A stretch of 32,000 nt of DNA from Prochlorococcus marinus subsp. pastoris str. CCMP1986. GTDB lineage: Bacteria; Cyanobacteriota; Cyanobacteriia; PCC-6307; Cyanobiaceae. The translations under genes were made by a program, and so were the position numbers. Shown here piece by piece: positions 9,238-18,936 of the stretch. The notes beneath the pieces are model-generated. The model made no database searches. It saw nothing but the letters and a program-made list of their open reading frames with translations, and was not told the origin of the DNA. Positions within the stretch are counted from its first letter, which is position 1. The number at the start of each line of letters is the position of its first letter. The DNA lies in contig NC_005072.1 in the NCBI RefSeq assembly GCF_000011465.1, positions 840,001 to 872,000 on the forward strand. The letters run 5' to 3'.

Positions 9238-11814
9238 GTGATTACTTCTGAAAATACAGATAACAGAGCAACTAATTTATATAAACCATCTGATATAGAG
9301 GGTAAATGGCAGAAAATCTGGGAAGACGACAACTTATATAATACAGATGAGCAAGCAAGTAATAAAGAAAAATTTTATGCCTTATCCATGTTTCCCTACC
9401 CTTCAGGAAACCTTCATATGGGTCATGTGCGAAATTATGTAATAACAGACTTAATTGCACGATTTCAAAGATTTCAGGGCAAAGTAGTGTTACATCCGAT
9501 GGGTTGGGACGCATTTGGTTTACCTGCTGAGAACGCGGCGATAGAAAGAGGAATAAATCCTGATAAGTGGACTAAACAAAATATCGCTCATATGAAATCA
9601 CAATTAAAATTATTAGGTCTTTCTGTTGATTGGGATAGAGAATTTGCCACTTGTGATGAAAATTATTATGTATGGACTCAATTTTTATTTTTGGAATTAC
9701 ATAAAGCTGGTCTTGTTTATCAAAAGGAGTCTGAAGTAAATTGGGATCCGATTGATAATACTGTTTTAGCCAATGAGCAGGTTGATTCAGAAGGCAAATC
9801 ATGGAGATCTGGAGCGATAGTTGAAAAGAAACTTTTAACTCAATGGTTTTTAAAAATTACTGATTATGCAGAAGAGTTATTGCAAGATTTAGAAAAATTA
9901 AATGAGTGGCCTGAAAGAGTTAAGATAATGCAGGAAAATTGGATTGGTAAATCAATAGGTACAAATATAAATTTTAAAATAAAAGAATTTAAAAAGGAAA
10001 AAATACAAGTATTCACAACAAGACCTGATACTTTATTTGGGGTAACTTATTTAGCAATATCAGTTAATCATCCATTAATTAAAAAAATATCTGATAATAA
10101 AATTTTAAGTAAACTAGAAAATTTAAAAATCTATTTACAAGAAAGTAAAGATAAAGATCAAAAAAAAATTGGTATTCCAACAAATTTAATAGCTATAAAT
10201 CCAATAAATTCAAAGGAAATTCCTATCTTGATAGCAAGTTATGTTCTTGATGAATATGGAACTGGAGCTGTTATGGGAGTCCCAGCACATGATGAAAGGG
10301 ATTTTGAATTTGCCAAAATCAATTCTATTGATATTAAACAAGTAATTATTAAGGAAAAAGATAAAATTACCAGCCAATTAACTAATGCTTTTACGGATAA
10401 TGGTTTTTTAATCAACTCAAATAATTTTGATGGCTTAAATAATAGTGATGCCAAAAAACATATTTCAGAACATGGTGAACGAAATGGATGGGCTGAAAAT
10501 AAAATTCAATTTCGTTTGAGAGATTGGTTAATTTCTAGGCAAAGATATTGGGGATGTCCAATTCCAATTATTAAGTGTACTAATTGTGGTTCTGTTCCAG
10601 TAAATAAAAAGGATATTCCAGTTAGATTACCAAATGAGATTAAAATATCCTCTAATAAAATTAATTCTCTAGGTAGTAATCAAAGTTGGATTAATACTAC
10701 ATGTCCAAAATGCGGTAATTTGGCGAGTAGAGAAACGGATACTATGGACACCTTCATGTGTTCATCATGGTATTTTTTAAGATATCCTTCATCAAAATCT
10801 TTAACAAAGCCTTTCGAAAAAGAAAAAATTAATAAATGGTTACCTGTTGATCAATATGTTGGAGGTGTAGAGCATGCAATTTTACATTTGCTTTATGCAA
10901 GATTTCTTACCAAAGCCTTAAGGGACAATAATCTTTTTGATATTGATGAACCATTTAAAAGGCTCTTGACACAAGGTATGGTTCAATCTGCAGCTTATAA
11001 AAATTCAATAACTGGAAAATATATCTCTCCAACTGATATTAAAGATATAACTAATCCAAAAGATCCAAAAGACAATTCAAAACTTGAAGTTCTTTTTGAA
11101 AAAATGTCAAAGTCAAAATATAACGGTATAGATCCTGAATCTGTAATAAAAAAATATGGAGCAGATACAGCAAGAATGTTTATTTTATTTAAAGCCCCTC
11201 CTGAAAAAGACCTCGAATGGGGAGATTCTGATGTAGAAGGTCAATATAGATTTCTATGTAGAATATGGAAACTTTTCTTAGATTACAGTAATAATGATAT
11301 TACCCATGAAGCAGATAAACTTAAAAAAGAAAATGAAAGTTCATTATTAAAGTCTATAAATATTGCTATAAAAGAAATTTCTAATGATATAAAAAACAAT
11401 CAATTTAATACAGCAATATCAGAATTAATGAAGTTTTATAATTCAATATCCTCGAACTTAAATTATGTAAATAAAGACTTAAGAAGAGAATCTCTTATGA
11501 AATTTTGTATATTATTAGCACCATTTGCTCCTCATATTTCCGATGAAATCTGGCATTTAATTGGTAATTCAAAATCTGTACACCTAGAAAAATGGCCAGT
11601 ATTCGATGAAGATGCTCTAAAGGAAAATAGCTTTGAATTAGTAATTCAAATAAATGGAAAAGTAAGAGATAAAATTAATGTAGAAATTAATATTTCTGAT
11701 GATGAAATTAAGGAAAAAACATTAATTAGACCTAATGTAAAAAAATGGATTGATAATAAAACAATCAGAAAAATAATAATTGTAAAAGGCAGAATTATAA
11801 ATATTGTCGTTTAG
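9238..11814 (+). CDS. leuS: Leucyl-tRNA synthetase
   Basis: 858 aa. Class I signature PYPSGNLHMGHVRNY, WDAFGLPAENAA, an editing domain and KMSKSKYNG. Predicted GTG start. Confidence 0.98.
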   Translation: MITSENTDNRATNLYKPSDIEGKWQKIWEDDNLYNTDEQASNKEKFYALSMFPYPSGNLHMGHVRNYVITDLIARFQRFQGKVVLHPMGWDAFGLPAENAAIERGINPDKWTKQNIAHMKSQLKLLGLSVDWDREFATCDENYYVWTQFLFLELHKAGLVYQKESEVNWDPIDNTVLANEQVDSEGKSWRSGAIVEKKLLTQWFLKITDYAEELLQDLEKLNEWPERVKIMQENWIGKSIGTNINFKIKEFKKEKIQVFTTRPDTLFGVTYLAISVNHPLIKKISDNKILSKLENLKIYLQESKDKDQKKIGIPTNLIAINPINSKEIPILIASYVLDEYGTGAVMGVPAHDERDFEFAKINSIDIKQVIIKEKDKITSQLTNAFTDNGFLINSNNFDGLNNSDAKKHISEHGERNGWAENKIQFRLRDWLISRQRYWGCPIPIIKCTNCGSVPVNKKDIPVRLPNEIKISSNKINSLGSNQSWINTTCPKCGNLASRETDTMDTFMCSSWYFLRYPSSKSLTKPFEKEKINKWLPVDQYVGGVEHAILHLLYARFLTKALRDNNLFDIDEPFKRLLTQGMVQSAAYKNSITGKYISPTDIKDITNPKDPKDNSKLEVLFEKMSKSKYNGIDPESVIKKYGADTARMFILFKAPPEKDLEWGDSDVEGQYRFLCRIWKLFLDYSNNDITHEADKLKKENESSLLKSINIAIKEISNDIKNNQFNTAISELMKFYNSISSNLNYVNKDLRRESLMKFCILLAPFAPHISDEIWHLIGNSKSVHLEKWPVFDEDALKENSFELVIQINGKVRDKINVEINISDDEIKEKTLIRPNVKKWIDNKTIRKIIIVKGRIINIVV

Positions 11815-11816
11815 TA

Positions 11817-13397
11817 TTAACTAATTTTTTTAATTCTTATTGTACTTGGCTTAGACCAGTCTCCATTTATAAGATAGTCATCATTACCAAAACACATCTG
11901 ACGAATTATAAAAAATATTGGCTCAGCTGATGAATTCCTTAGAAGAGAAGTAATTTCTTTGATTGACAATTCTTCGCCATTATTAAATATTTCTGTTACT
12001 TGTTTTTGATAATCAATTATTTCCGCGGCTGCTTTTTTACCAGCTTCTACACCAGGTTGATCATAAGCATTTATATCAACTAATTCTGCGTAAAAAGAAA
12101 CAGCTCGCTCAAATAGAGCAATTAAGGCACCTAGTGTTAAACAACTCAACTTATCCAAGGTGATTGTTATGCTTTGCCTATTTTCGTTTGATAGTGCAGA
12201 TCTTGTACCTTGTAAAAATCCTGATAAAAATTCTTTAGGATTTTCAGAGTCAAAATAGAAATTACTATTAGGTGTATCAAGTAACTCTATAAAAACACAA
12301 AAGAAATTATCAATACCATCTCTTAACTGCTGAACATATGCATGTTGATCAGTAGAGCCTTTATTACCAAAAACAGATATTCCTTGATGTACGATTTCAC
12401 CCTTCCTATTAAACTTTTTACCTAGAGATTCCATAACTAATTGTTGAAGATATTTACTAAATACTTGCAACCTGTCTCTATAAGGTAATACAACCATATC
12501 TCTCTTACCTATTCCATCACCAGAAAAAAACCATGCTGATGATAGTAAAGCAGCAGGATTGTCTTTAATATTAGGTATCCGTGTTAAGTCATCCATTATT
12601 GCTGCACCTTTAATAAATTCAGAAACATCTCTATTAATAAGAGCTAAAGGAAGTAGGCCAACTGAGCTAGTAATACTGGTTCTGCCGCCAACCCAATCAG
12701 GAAGATTAAATATTTTCAGCCAATTCTCAAGTTGTGCTTTTTTATATAATTGACTATCTTTCATTGTTATTGCTATTGCGTTTGAGTTCCAGTCTAAATT
12801 TTTATTTTCTACATGCTTTTTAATTATATTCATTGCTATTTTTGGTTCAGGTGTTCCACCTGACTTACTTACAACAACAAATAATGTAGTAGCCAATTTA
12901 TCAGATAATTCATCTAATTTCTCACTTATTAAAAATGGATCAATATTATCAATGTATGAAAAATTCAATCCACAAGAATTCTCTTGCAAGGCTTCAGTTA
13001 TTAATAATGGACCTAAACCGCTTCCTCCAATACCTATCCATAAAACGTTAGTAAATTTTTGATTTTTATTATTTGTGATTTTACCCTCTAATATCTTTTC
13101 TCCAAATTCTGAAATATCTCTAATCTCATTATTGATTGCATCCTTTATAAGATTACTTGGAGCAACAGATGGATTTCTTAACCAATAATGTCCAACTTGT
13201 CTTTTCTCATCAATATTTGAAATCGCGCCAGCTTCTAATTCTTTAAGGGCTGAAAAAACCTTTTTAAATTTATTTTCTAAAGATGATATTTGGTCGAGAG
13301 TAAAATTTATTTTACTGATATCTAACCATATATTTACTTGTTTATCAAACCAAAGGTAGTTGCAATATTTATCCCATGAATTAAAGTCATTATTCAT
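11817..13397 (-). CDS. pgi: Glucose-6-phosphate isomerase
   Basis: 526 aa. [46 protein letters not shown] and the C-terminal [13 protein letters not shown] motif. Confidence 0.96.
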   Translation of the reverse strand: MNNDFNSWDKYCNYLWFDKQVNIWLDISKINFTLDQISSLENKFKKVFSALKELEAGAISNIDEKRQVGHYWLRNPSVAPSNLIKDAINNEIRDISEFGEKILEGKITNNKNQKFTNVLWIGIGGSGLGPLLITEALQENSCGLNFSYIDNIDPFLISEKLDELSDKLATTLFVVVSKSGGTPEPKIAMNIIKKHVENKNLDWNSNAIAITMKDSQLYKKAQLENWLKIFNLPDWVGGRTSITSSVGLLPLALINRDVSEFIKGAAIMDDLTRIPNIKDNPAALLSSAWFFSGDGIGKRDMVVLPYRDRLQVFSKYLQQLVMESLGKKFNRKGEIVHQGISVFGNKGSTDQHAYVQQLRDGIDNFFCVFIELLDTPNSNFYFDSENPKEFLSGFLQGTRSALSNENRQSITITLDKLSCLTLGALIALFERAVSFYAELVDINAYDQPGVEAGKKAAAEIIDYQKQVTEIFNNGEELSIKEITSLLRNSSAEPIFFIIRQMCFGNDDYLINGDWSKPSTIRIKKIS

Positions 13398-13579
13398 TTT
13401 ATATTTTGACTATTTTCTTATTTTGTTTATTATATCTAGTTTATTCTTCGTAAATACTAATCATTTCAATTTATTTAGTTATATTATTTTTAGATCATAA
13501 TGTTTGTGAATTTTAATAAATACTATTAGGGGTTTTTTTTATTTATATCTCATTTATTATTCAATAAAAATATCAGCTT

Positions 13580-14236
13580 TTGGATAAATCATTCAATTAT
13601 TTAATTTCACCTGAAATTTCACAACTTAGAGAATTTTCACCAAAATTAAAAATAGCAATTTTAGCTTCAGGTGAAGGATCAAATTTTCAAGAATTAATTG
13701 ATCTCTCCAATTCAAATAAATTTGATATCGATATTAAGATTTTAATTACAAACAAATCAGAGGCTGGCTGTATATCAAGAGCTAAAAACTCTAATATCTC
13801 TTATAAAGTAATTAAAAGTTCTGATTATGAAAATAAGGATTATTTTGAGAATGAAATTATTAATACAATAAAAAAACAGGATATAGAACTTGTTGTTATG
13901 GCGGGTTGGATGAAAATTATGTCATCAAAATTTGTTAATGAATTTAAGAATAAAATAATAAATATTCATCCTTCATTACTTCCTTCTTTTAAAGGAAGTA
14001 ATGCAATTAAAGAAGCTATAACAAATGATGCCAAGATCACAGGTTGTTCAGTACATTTTGTAGAACCAGAGGTTGATAGTGGTCCCTTAATTATGCAAGC
14101 AGCATTAGCCATTTCGGATAAGGATAATTTAGAGACAATAACTCAGAAATTACATATATTGGAACATAAAGTATTACCACTCTCAATTTCTCAGGCTGGA
14201 TATATTATCCGGAATAAATTTATGGGTAATGATTAA
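13580..14236 (+). CDS. purN: Phosphoribosylglycinamide formyltransferase (PurN type)
   Basis: KIAILASGEGSNFQELID, VMAGWMKIMS, INIHPSLLPSFKGSNAI and GCSVHFVEPEVDSGPLIMQ. Predicted TTG start; an in-frame TAA at 13565-13567 limits upstream extension. Confidence 0.95.
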   Translation: MDKSFNYLISPEISQLREFSPKLKIAILASGEGSNFQELIDLSNSNKFDIDIKILITNKSEAGCISRAKNSNISYKVIKSSDYENKDYFENEIINTIKKQDIELVVMAGWMKIMSSKFVNEFKNKIINIHPSLLPSFKGSNAIKEAITNDAKITGCSVHFVEPEVDSGPLIMQAALAISDKDNLETITQKLHILEHKVLPLSISQAGYIIRNKFMGND

Positions 14237-15275
14237 TCATTTCTAACCCATTATTTATTGGCAATCCAGATATTAGATTAAGATTTTGTATAGCTTGCCC
14301 TGTTTGTCCTTTTATTAAATTATCTATTACTGATAAAATAATTACTCTTCCATTTCTAGTATCAACTTTGACAGAGAGATGGATTTCATTTGTATTCTTA
14401 ACCCACTTGGTGGAAGGATAAATATCAACTGGTAATACTCGAATATGCGAGTAGTTTCTATAATAATTTTCTAATATAATCCTACAATCAGAAGAAGTTA
14501 AGCCTGGATCCCGTAATCTTCCATATATTGTCGAATGCATACCTCTTGTCATTGGTATTAAATGAGGAGTGAATAGTAGTTCAATATCATTACCAGAAAT
14601 AAAACTTGCAATTTGTTCTATTTCTGAAGTATGTCTATGATTTATTAGTCCATAGGCAGATAGACCATCTCCACATTCAGAGAATAATGATTTTTGATTT
14701 GGTTCTCTGCCTCCACCTGATGTACCACTTTTTGAATCTATTACTATACCTTCATTATCAATAATCCCTTGGGATAAGAATGGATTAAGAGGAATAAGAG
14801 CAGATGTTGGGTAACATCCAGGGGAGGCGATTAATCTTGCTTTAGATATGTCATTGAAATTAATTTCAGGAAGACCATAAACTGCTTCCTTACATAGATC
14901 ATCGTCATCTCTCTTATATTTTTTCGCTTCATTAGAGTATATATTTTTCCATTGATCAAGAGACTTATACCTATAATCGGCTGATAAATCAATTACTTTT
15001 ACTCCTTTCTCTAATAAACCTCTTGTTAATGTAGATGAAATTCCATTAGGCAAGCAAAGTAAAGCCACATTAGCTTTATCGGCGATTCTATCTATTGATA
15101 TTTTTTCAATTAAATTGTCAGACTCTAAATTTATGAATGGAAAATTATCGCTCCATTTTGTTCCGGAAGATTTATTACCTCCTAAATAAGAAATTTTATA
15201 ATTTTTATTACTCTTTAATAGATTTACTGCTTGTATCCCCCCGTAACCAGTGGCACCAACTATTGCAACATTCAT
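14220..15275 (-). CDS. argC: N-acetyl-gamma-glutamyl-phosphate reductase
   Basis: 351 aa. VAIVGATGYGGIQAVNLL, ASPGCYPTSALIPL (catalytic Cys), GTSGGGREP and HRHTSEIEQ. Confidence 0.97.
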   Translation of the reverse strand: MNVAIVGATGYGGIQAVNLLKSNKNYKISYLGGNKSSGTKWSDNFPFINLESDNLIEKISIDRIADKANVALLCLPNGISSTLTRGLLEKGVKVIDLSADYRYKSLDQWKNIYSNEAKKYKRDDDDLCKEAVYGLPEINFNDISKARLIASPGCYPTSALIPLNPFLSQGIIDNEGIVIDSKSGTSGGGREPNQKSLFSECGDGLSAYGLINHRHTSEIEQIASFISGNDIELLFTPHLIPMTRGMHSTIYGRLRDPGLTSSDCRIILENYYRNYSHIRVLPVDIYPSTKWVKNTNEIHLSVKVDTRNGRVIILSVIDNLIKGQTGQAIQNLNLISGLPINNGLEMINHYP

Positions 15276-15363
15276 TTCTCTTGATTGGCAGACTTTAAGA
15301 TAGGATTATAAGTGTTGACAAAAATAATAATTTAAACACTTTTTTCTATATTGAATAGTAATA

Positions 15364-17097
15364 ATGAAAGAAACAAGTCCCAAATCAAATAATGGAACAA
15401 TTGTGGATAATAACGAAAATTTTAATATAGAATTTGATCCCATAAGCGATGCATTAGCTGCCATAAGAAATGGAGAATGCATAATTGTTGTTGATGATGA
15501 GAGAAGAGAAAATGAAGGCGATTTAATTTGTGCCGCTCAGTTTGCAACTCCTCAACAAATTAATTTTATGGCAACAGAGGGTAGAGGTTTAATATGTTTA
15601 GCAATGCAAGGAGAGAAGTTAGATGCCTTAGATCTTCCTTTAATGGTTGATAGGAATACAGATGAAAATCAAACTGCATTTACTATTTCAATAGATGCAG
15701 GTCCTGAGAATAATGTAACTACTGGAATATCAGCAGAGGATAGAGCTAAAACTATCCAAGTTGCAATAAATCCTTCAACTAAGCCAGAAGATTTAAGAAG
15801 ACCAGGACATATATTTCCACTAAGAGCAAAAAAAGGAGGAGTATTAAAAAGAGCTGGACATACCGAAGCAGCTGTAGACATTGCTGCTATGTCTGGTCTT
15901 TATCCTGCTGGTGTGATTTGTGAAATTCAAAATCCAGATGGTTCAATGTCAAGACTTCCACAACTTAAGCAATATGCAAAAGAATGGGGCATGAAGCTAA
16001 TATCCATTGCAGACCTAATCAGTTATAGATTTCAAAACGAAAGATTTGTTTATAGAAAATCTGACGCAATCCTCCCTAGTATTTTCGGTAATTTTAAGGC
16101 ATATGGATACATAAATGAACTTGACGGTTCTGAACATATTGCACTAGTAAAGCAAAAGTCAAATAAATTGAGTGAACCAGTATTAGTAAGGATGCATTCA
16201 GAATGTTTAACCGGTGATGCTTTTGGATCACTACGTTGTGATTGTAGACCCCAGTTAGAGGCCGCGTTAGCAAGGATTGAAAAAGAAGAAGAGGGTGTGG
16301 TTGTTTATTTAAGACAAGAAGGAAGAGGTATTGGTTTGATTAATAAATTAAAAGCATACAGTTTACAAGATGGTGGTTTGGATACTGTAGAAGCAAATGA
16401 AAAATTGGGTTTTCCTGCAGACCTAAGAAATTATGGAGTTGGAGCACAAATATTAACTGACCTTGGGATCAAAAAGTTAAAACTACTTACAAATAATCCT
16501 AGGAAAATTGCTGGATTAGGTGGATATGGAATAGAAGTTACAGAGAGAGTCCCATTAGTGATATGTCCTGGAGAGCATAATTCTGAATATCTAAATGTTA
16601 AGAGACAAAAACTTGGACATATGTTGGAAGAAGAAAAATTAAATTCAATAGATATAGATCCTTATATTGCTATTTTCCTAGATGGTGACTATAAATCAAT
16701 AGATTTAGTTCCTATCAAAAATAAAATAATTGAATTCTGCGAAAAAAATAAAATAAATATTATGTTAGAAAGCTCTCCTAGACTATTAGCATTTTGGAAT
16801 AGACCTAAATTAGTATGGAAAATATTGCATGACAAAAACAGAGAAGATTTCACTATTAACGATAATGAAATTAATAAGATTGAAATTTTTATTAAATTTT
16901 TATCAGAATATAATAAAAGTTCAAAAGTAGGAATTATCGTATCAAAAAATATTCAACAGGCTTTACATCCAAAAAACAGTATTAAATTAAAAAATACCAA
17001 GTTTTCAATAAAGAATGAAGAATTACACTCATCCACTAGGAAATTTAATCTCGATAAAGAAACGTTCAGTATTATATTTGATAAAAAATTATCTTAA
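15364..17097 (+). CDS. ribBA: Bifunctional 3,4-dihydroxy-2-butanone-4-phosphate synthase / GTP cyclohydrolase II with C-terminal extension
   Basis: 577 aa. RibB domain ([17 protein letters not shown]...[27 protein letters not shown]) and RibA domain ([39 protein letters not shown]). About 150 further residues follow the usual RibA end. Confidence 0.96.
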   Translation: MKETSPKSNNGTIVDNNENFNIEFDPISDALAAIRNGECIIVVDDERRENEGDLICAAQFATPQQINFMATEGRGLICLAMQGEKLDALDLPLMVDRNTDENQTAFTISIDAGPENNVTTGISAEDRAKTIQVAINPSTKPEDLRRPGHIFPLRAKKGGVLKRAGHTEAAVDIAAMSGLYPAGVICEIQNPDGSMSRLPQLKQYAKEWGMKLISIADLISYRFQNERFVYRKSDAILPSIFGNFKAYGYINELDGSEHIALVKQKSNKLSEPVLVRMHSECLTGDAFGSLRCDCRPQLEAALARIEKEEEGVVVYLRQEGRGIGLINKLKAYSLQDGGLDTVEANEKLGFPADLRNYGVGAQILTDLGIKKLKLLTNNPRKIAGLGGYGIEVTERVPLVICPGEHNSEYLNVKRQKLGHMLEEEKLNSIDIDPYIAIFLDGDYKSIDLVPIKNKIIEFCEKNKINIMLESSPRLLAFWNRPKLVWKILHDKNREDFTINDNEINKIEIFIKFLSEYNKSSKVGIIVSKNIQQALHPKNSIKLKNTKFSIKNEELHSSTRKFNLDKETFSIIFDKKLS

Positions 17098-17531
17098 ACT
17101 AAACTGGCTTTAATAATTTTTGAGCCGTTTGTTAGTTTTAAAACAATATCCATATCGTCTGTTTTTCCAAAAACAGTATGTACTCCATCCAAATGAGGTT
17201 GTGCCTCATAAACTATAAAAAATTGACTCCCACCTGTATTTTTTCCTGCATGAGCCATTGATAGCGAACCTTTTAGATGTTTATTAGAATTGATTTCACA
17301 ATTAATTTTATATCCTGGTCCACCTGTTCCAGGCATGCCTGAAGATCCTGCACGTGTGTTAGGGCAACCACCTTGAGCCATGAAACCTGGGATAACACGA
17401 TGAAAGGCTAATCCGTCATAAAAACCTTCACTAATTAGTTTTGTGAAATTATTAACTGTATTAGGCGCGTCATTAGAAAATAATTCAATATTTATATTAC
17501 CAGCATCAGTTTCAAATAAAGCTTTTGTCAT
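17094..17531 (-). CDS. Cyclophilin-type peptidyl-prolyl cis-trans isomerase
   Basis: 145 aa. [51 protein letters not shown]. Confidence 0.95.
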   Translation of the reverse strand: MTKALFETDAGNINIELFSNDAPNTVNNFTKLISEGFYDGLAFHRVIPGFMAQGGCPNTRAGSSGMPGTGGPGYKINCEINSNKHLKGSLSMAHAGKNTGGSQFFIVYEAQPHLDGVHTVFGKTDDMDIVLKLTNGSKIIKASLV

Positions 17532-17567
17532 TGTGAGTTTAATTATCTATAACTTTTATTTTAAACG

Positions 17568-17960
17568 TTAGAGAAGCTTTTCAAGATTCTCCTTAATGGA
17601 ATTTAAATCTATATTTTTATCTATATTTTCTTCTCTACATTCTTCTTCGTTCCAAGTCTCCACTTCTAAATTTTTTTGAGGAGGAGAAATTAGTAATCTA
17701 TCCTCTGCTGTTTTTGGCACAAAATTTTTCTCAACCAATTTACATTCATAATCTAGTTTTGTACAAAAATCTCTAATTTCATCTATCGAAATCATTTCTA
17801 CTGTAGGCAATGGGAAATCCTGAGCCTCTAAAAGTCCACAGTAACGTTCAGCATCATCTTTTTCTTCAAACATTAGAACTATAGTCCTACCTTTTAACTC
17901 TATTGAATGTATTCCTTCTTTCTCTGTACCGAAGTTATAAAGTAAAACATAAATATTCAT
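17568..17960 (-). CDS. DUF3110-like small cyanobacterial protein
   Basis: NIYVLLYNFGTEKEGIHSIEL...VLMFEEKDDAERYCGLLEAQDFPLPTVE resembles the DUF3110 family. Acidic C-terminal tail. Confidence 0.7.
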   Translation of the reverse strand: MNIYVLLYNFGTEKEGIHSIELKGRTIVLMFEEKDDAERYCGLLEAQDFPLPTVEMISIDEIRDFCTKLDYECKLVEKNFVPKTAEDRLLISPPQKNLEVETWNEEECREENIDKNIDLNSIKENLEKLL

Positions 17961-17994
17961 AAAAACTTTTTTAAAATTATTATATATTATTTAA

Positions 17995-18936
17995 CTATTC
18001 ATCTGATAGTGATAATTCTTGAAGTCTGGTATATAAAGCTATTTCCTCATCATTTATATCAGCAGGAATAACAACCAGAATTTCTACAAACTGATCTCCA
18101 ATATTATCTCCAAAACTCAATCCTCTGCCCTTAAGTCTTAACAATCTTCCAGTTGAAGACTTTGGAGGTACTTGAAGAGTTACATTTCCATCAAGAGTAG
18201 GAACTTCTACTGCACATCCAAGAAGGGCGTCGGGGGGAAATAACTCTAATTTATAAAGAACACGTAGACCATCTATACGAAGTCCATTTTCAGTTTGGAC
18301 TTTTAATTGTAAATAATGATCTTTTCCACCTTTTGCAATATTTTCTAATCTCAATCTCCAACCATCTCCAGCGAATGGGGGAGTATCAACTTCTACAACA
18401 GTTTGATCTTCTAATTCTATTAATATGGATGCACCACTCAGAGCTTCATCCGGGGTTAATTCGATAATAGTTTCGATATCTTGATGAAGCTTTACAGGTG
18501 GTGGTTCTTCTGGAGATCTTGCTGGATAGTCGTAACTATTAAACTCTTCTTCATTAAAAATTGCATTAGGCTTTTCATCTTCATAAAAATCAGAGGTTTG
18601 ATCATAGCTTTCATTATCTAATTCAGATTCGTATTCAAATCCAAATAGAGAATTAAGATAATCTTTAAATTCAGGAAAACCTGTGCTGTATTTATTATAA
18701 ATTTCTTCATTAGAAGAATTAGAATCTATAGATTTAACTCGTCTGACAGGATCACGTAAGAATTCGTAAGCTTCATTAATTAATTTAAATCTATCCTCAG
18801 CATTTATATCATTTTTATTTAAATCAGGATGCCATTTTCTCGCTTCCCTTCGAAAAGCTTTTTTTAGTTCAATATCGTCGAATTTAGAAGATAAACCTAA
18901 AATCGACAAATAGTCTTTTTTAGAGGAAGTAGTCAT
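17995..18936 (-). CDS. DnaJ-family co-chaperone without a cysteine-rich zinc-finger domain
   Basis: J-domain with HPD motif (KKDYLSILGL...AFRREARKWHPDLNKND), then CTD-type beta regions (LTPDEALSGASILIEL; VPPKSSTGRLLRLKGRGL). No CxxCxGxG repeats. ATG at 18936 (MTTSSKKDY) fits the J-domain better than the TTG/GTG-type upstream start used in the ORF track (18969). Confidence 0.9.
   Translation of the reverse strand: MTTSSKKDYLSILGLSSKFDDIELKKAFRREARKWHPDLNKNDINAEDRFKLINEAYEFLRDPVRRVKSIDSNSSNEEIYNKYSTGFPEFKDYLNSLFGFEYESELDNESYDQTSDFYEDEKPNAIFNEEEFNSYDYPARSPEEPPPVKLHQDIETIIELTPDEALSGASILIELEDQTVVEVDTPPFAGDGWRLRLENIAKGGKDHYLQLKVQTENGLRIDGLRVLYKLELFPPDALLGCAVEVPTLDGNVTLQVPPKSSTGRLLRLKGRGLSFGDNIGDQFVEILVVIPADINDEEIALYTRLQELSLSDE

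Noticed and set aside
9272-10454. ORFs 9272..9514, 9572..9802 and 10239..10454 (-) opposite leuS
   Set aside because: All are antisense to highly conserved LeuRS motifs, with no independent support.
12559-12753. ORF 12559..12753 (+) opposite pgi
   Set aside because: Antisense shadow ORF with no recognisable domain.
15669-15881. ORF 15669..15881 (-) opposite ribBA
   Set aside because: Antisense to the conserved RibB active region.
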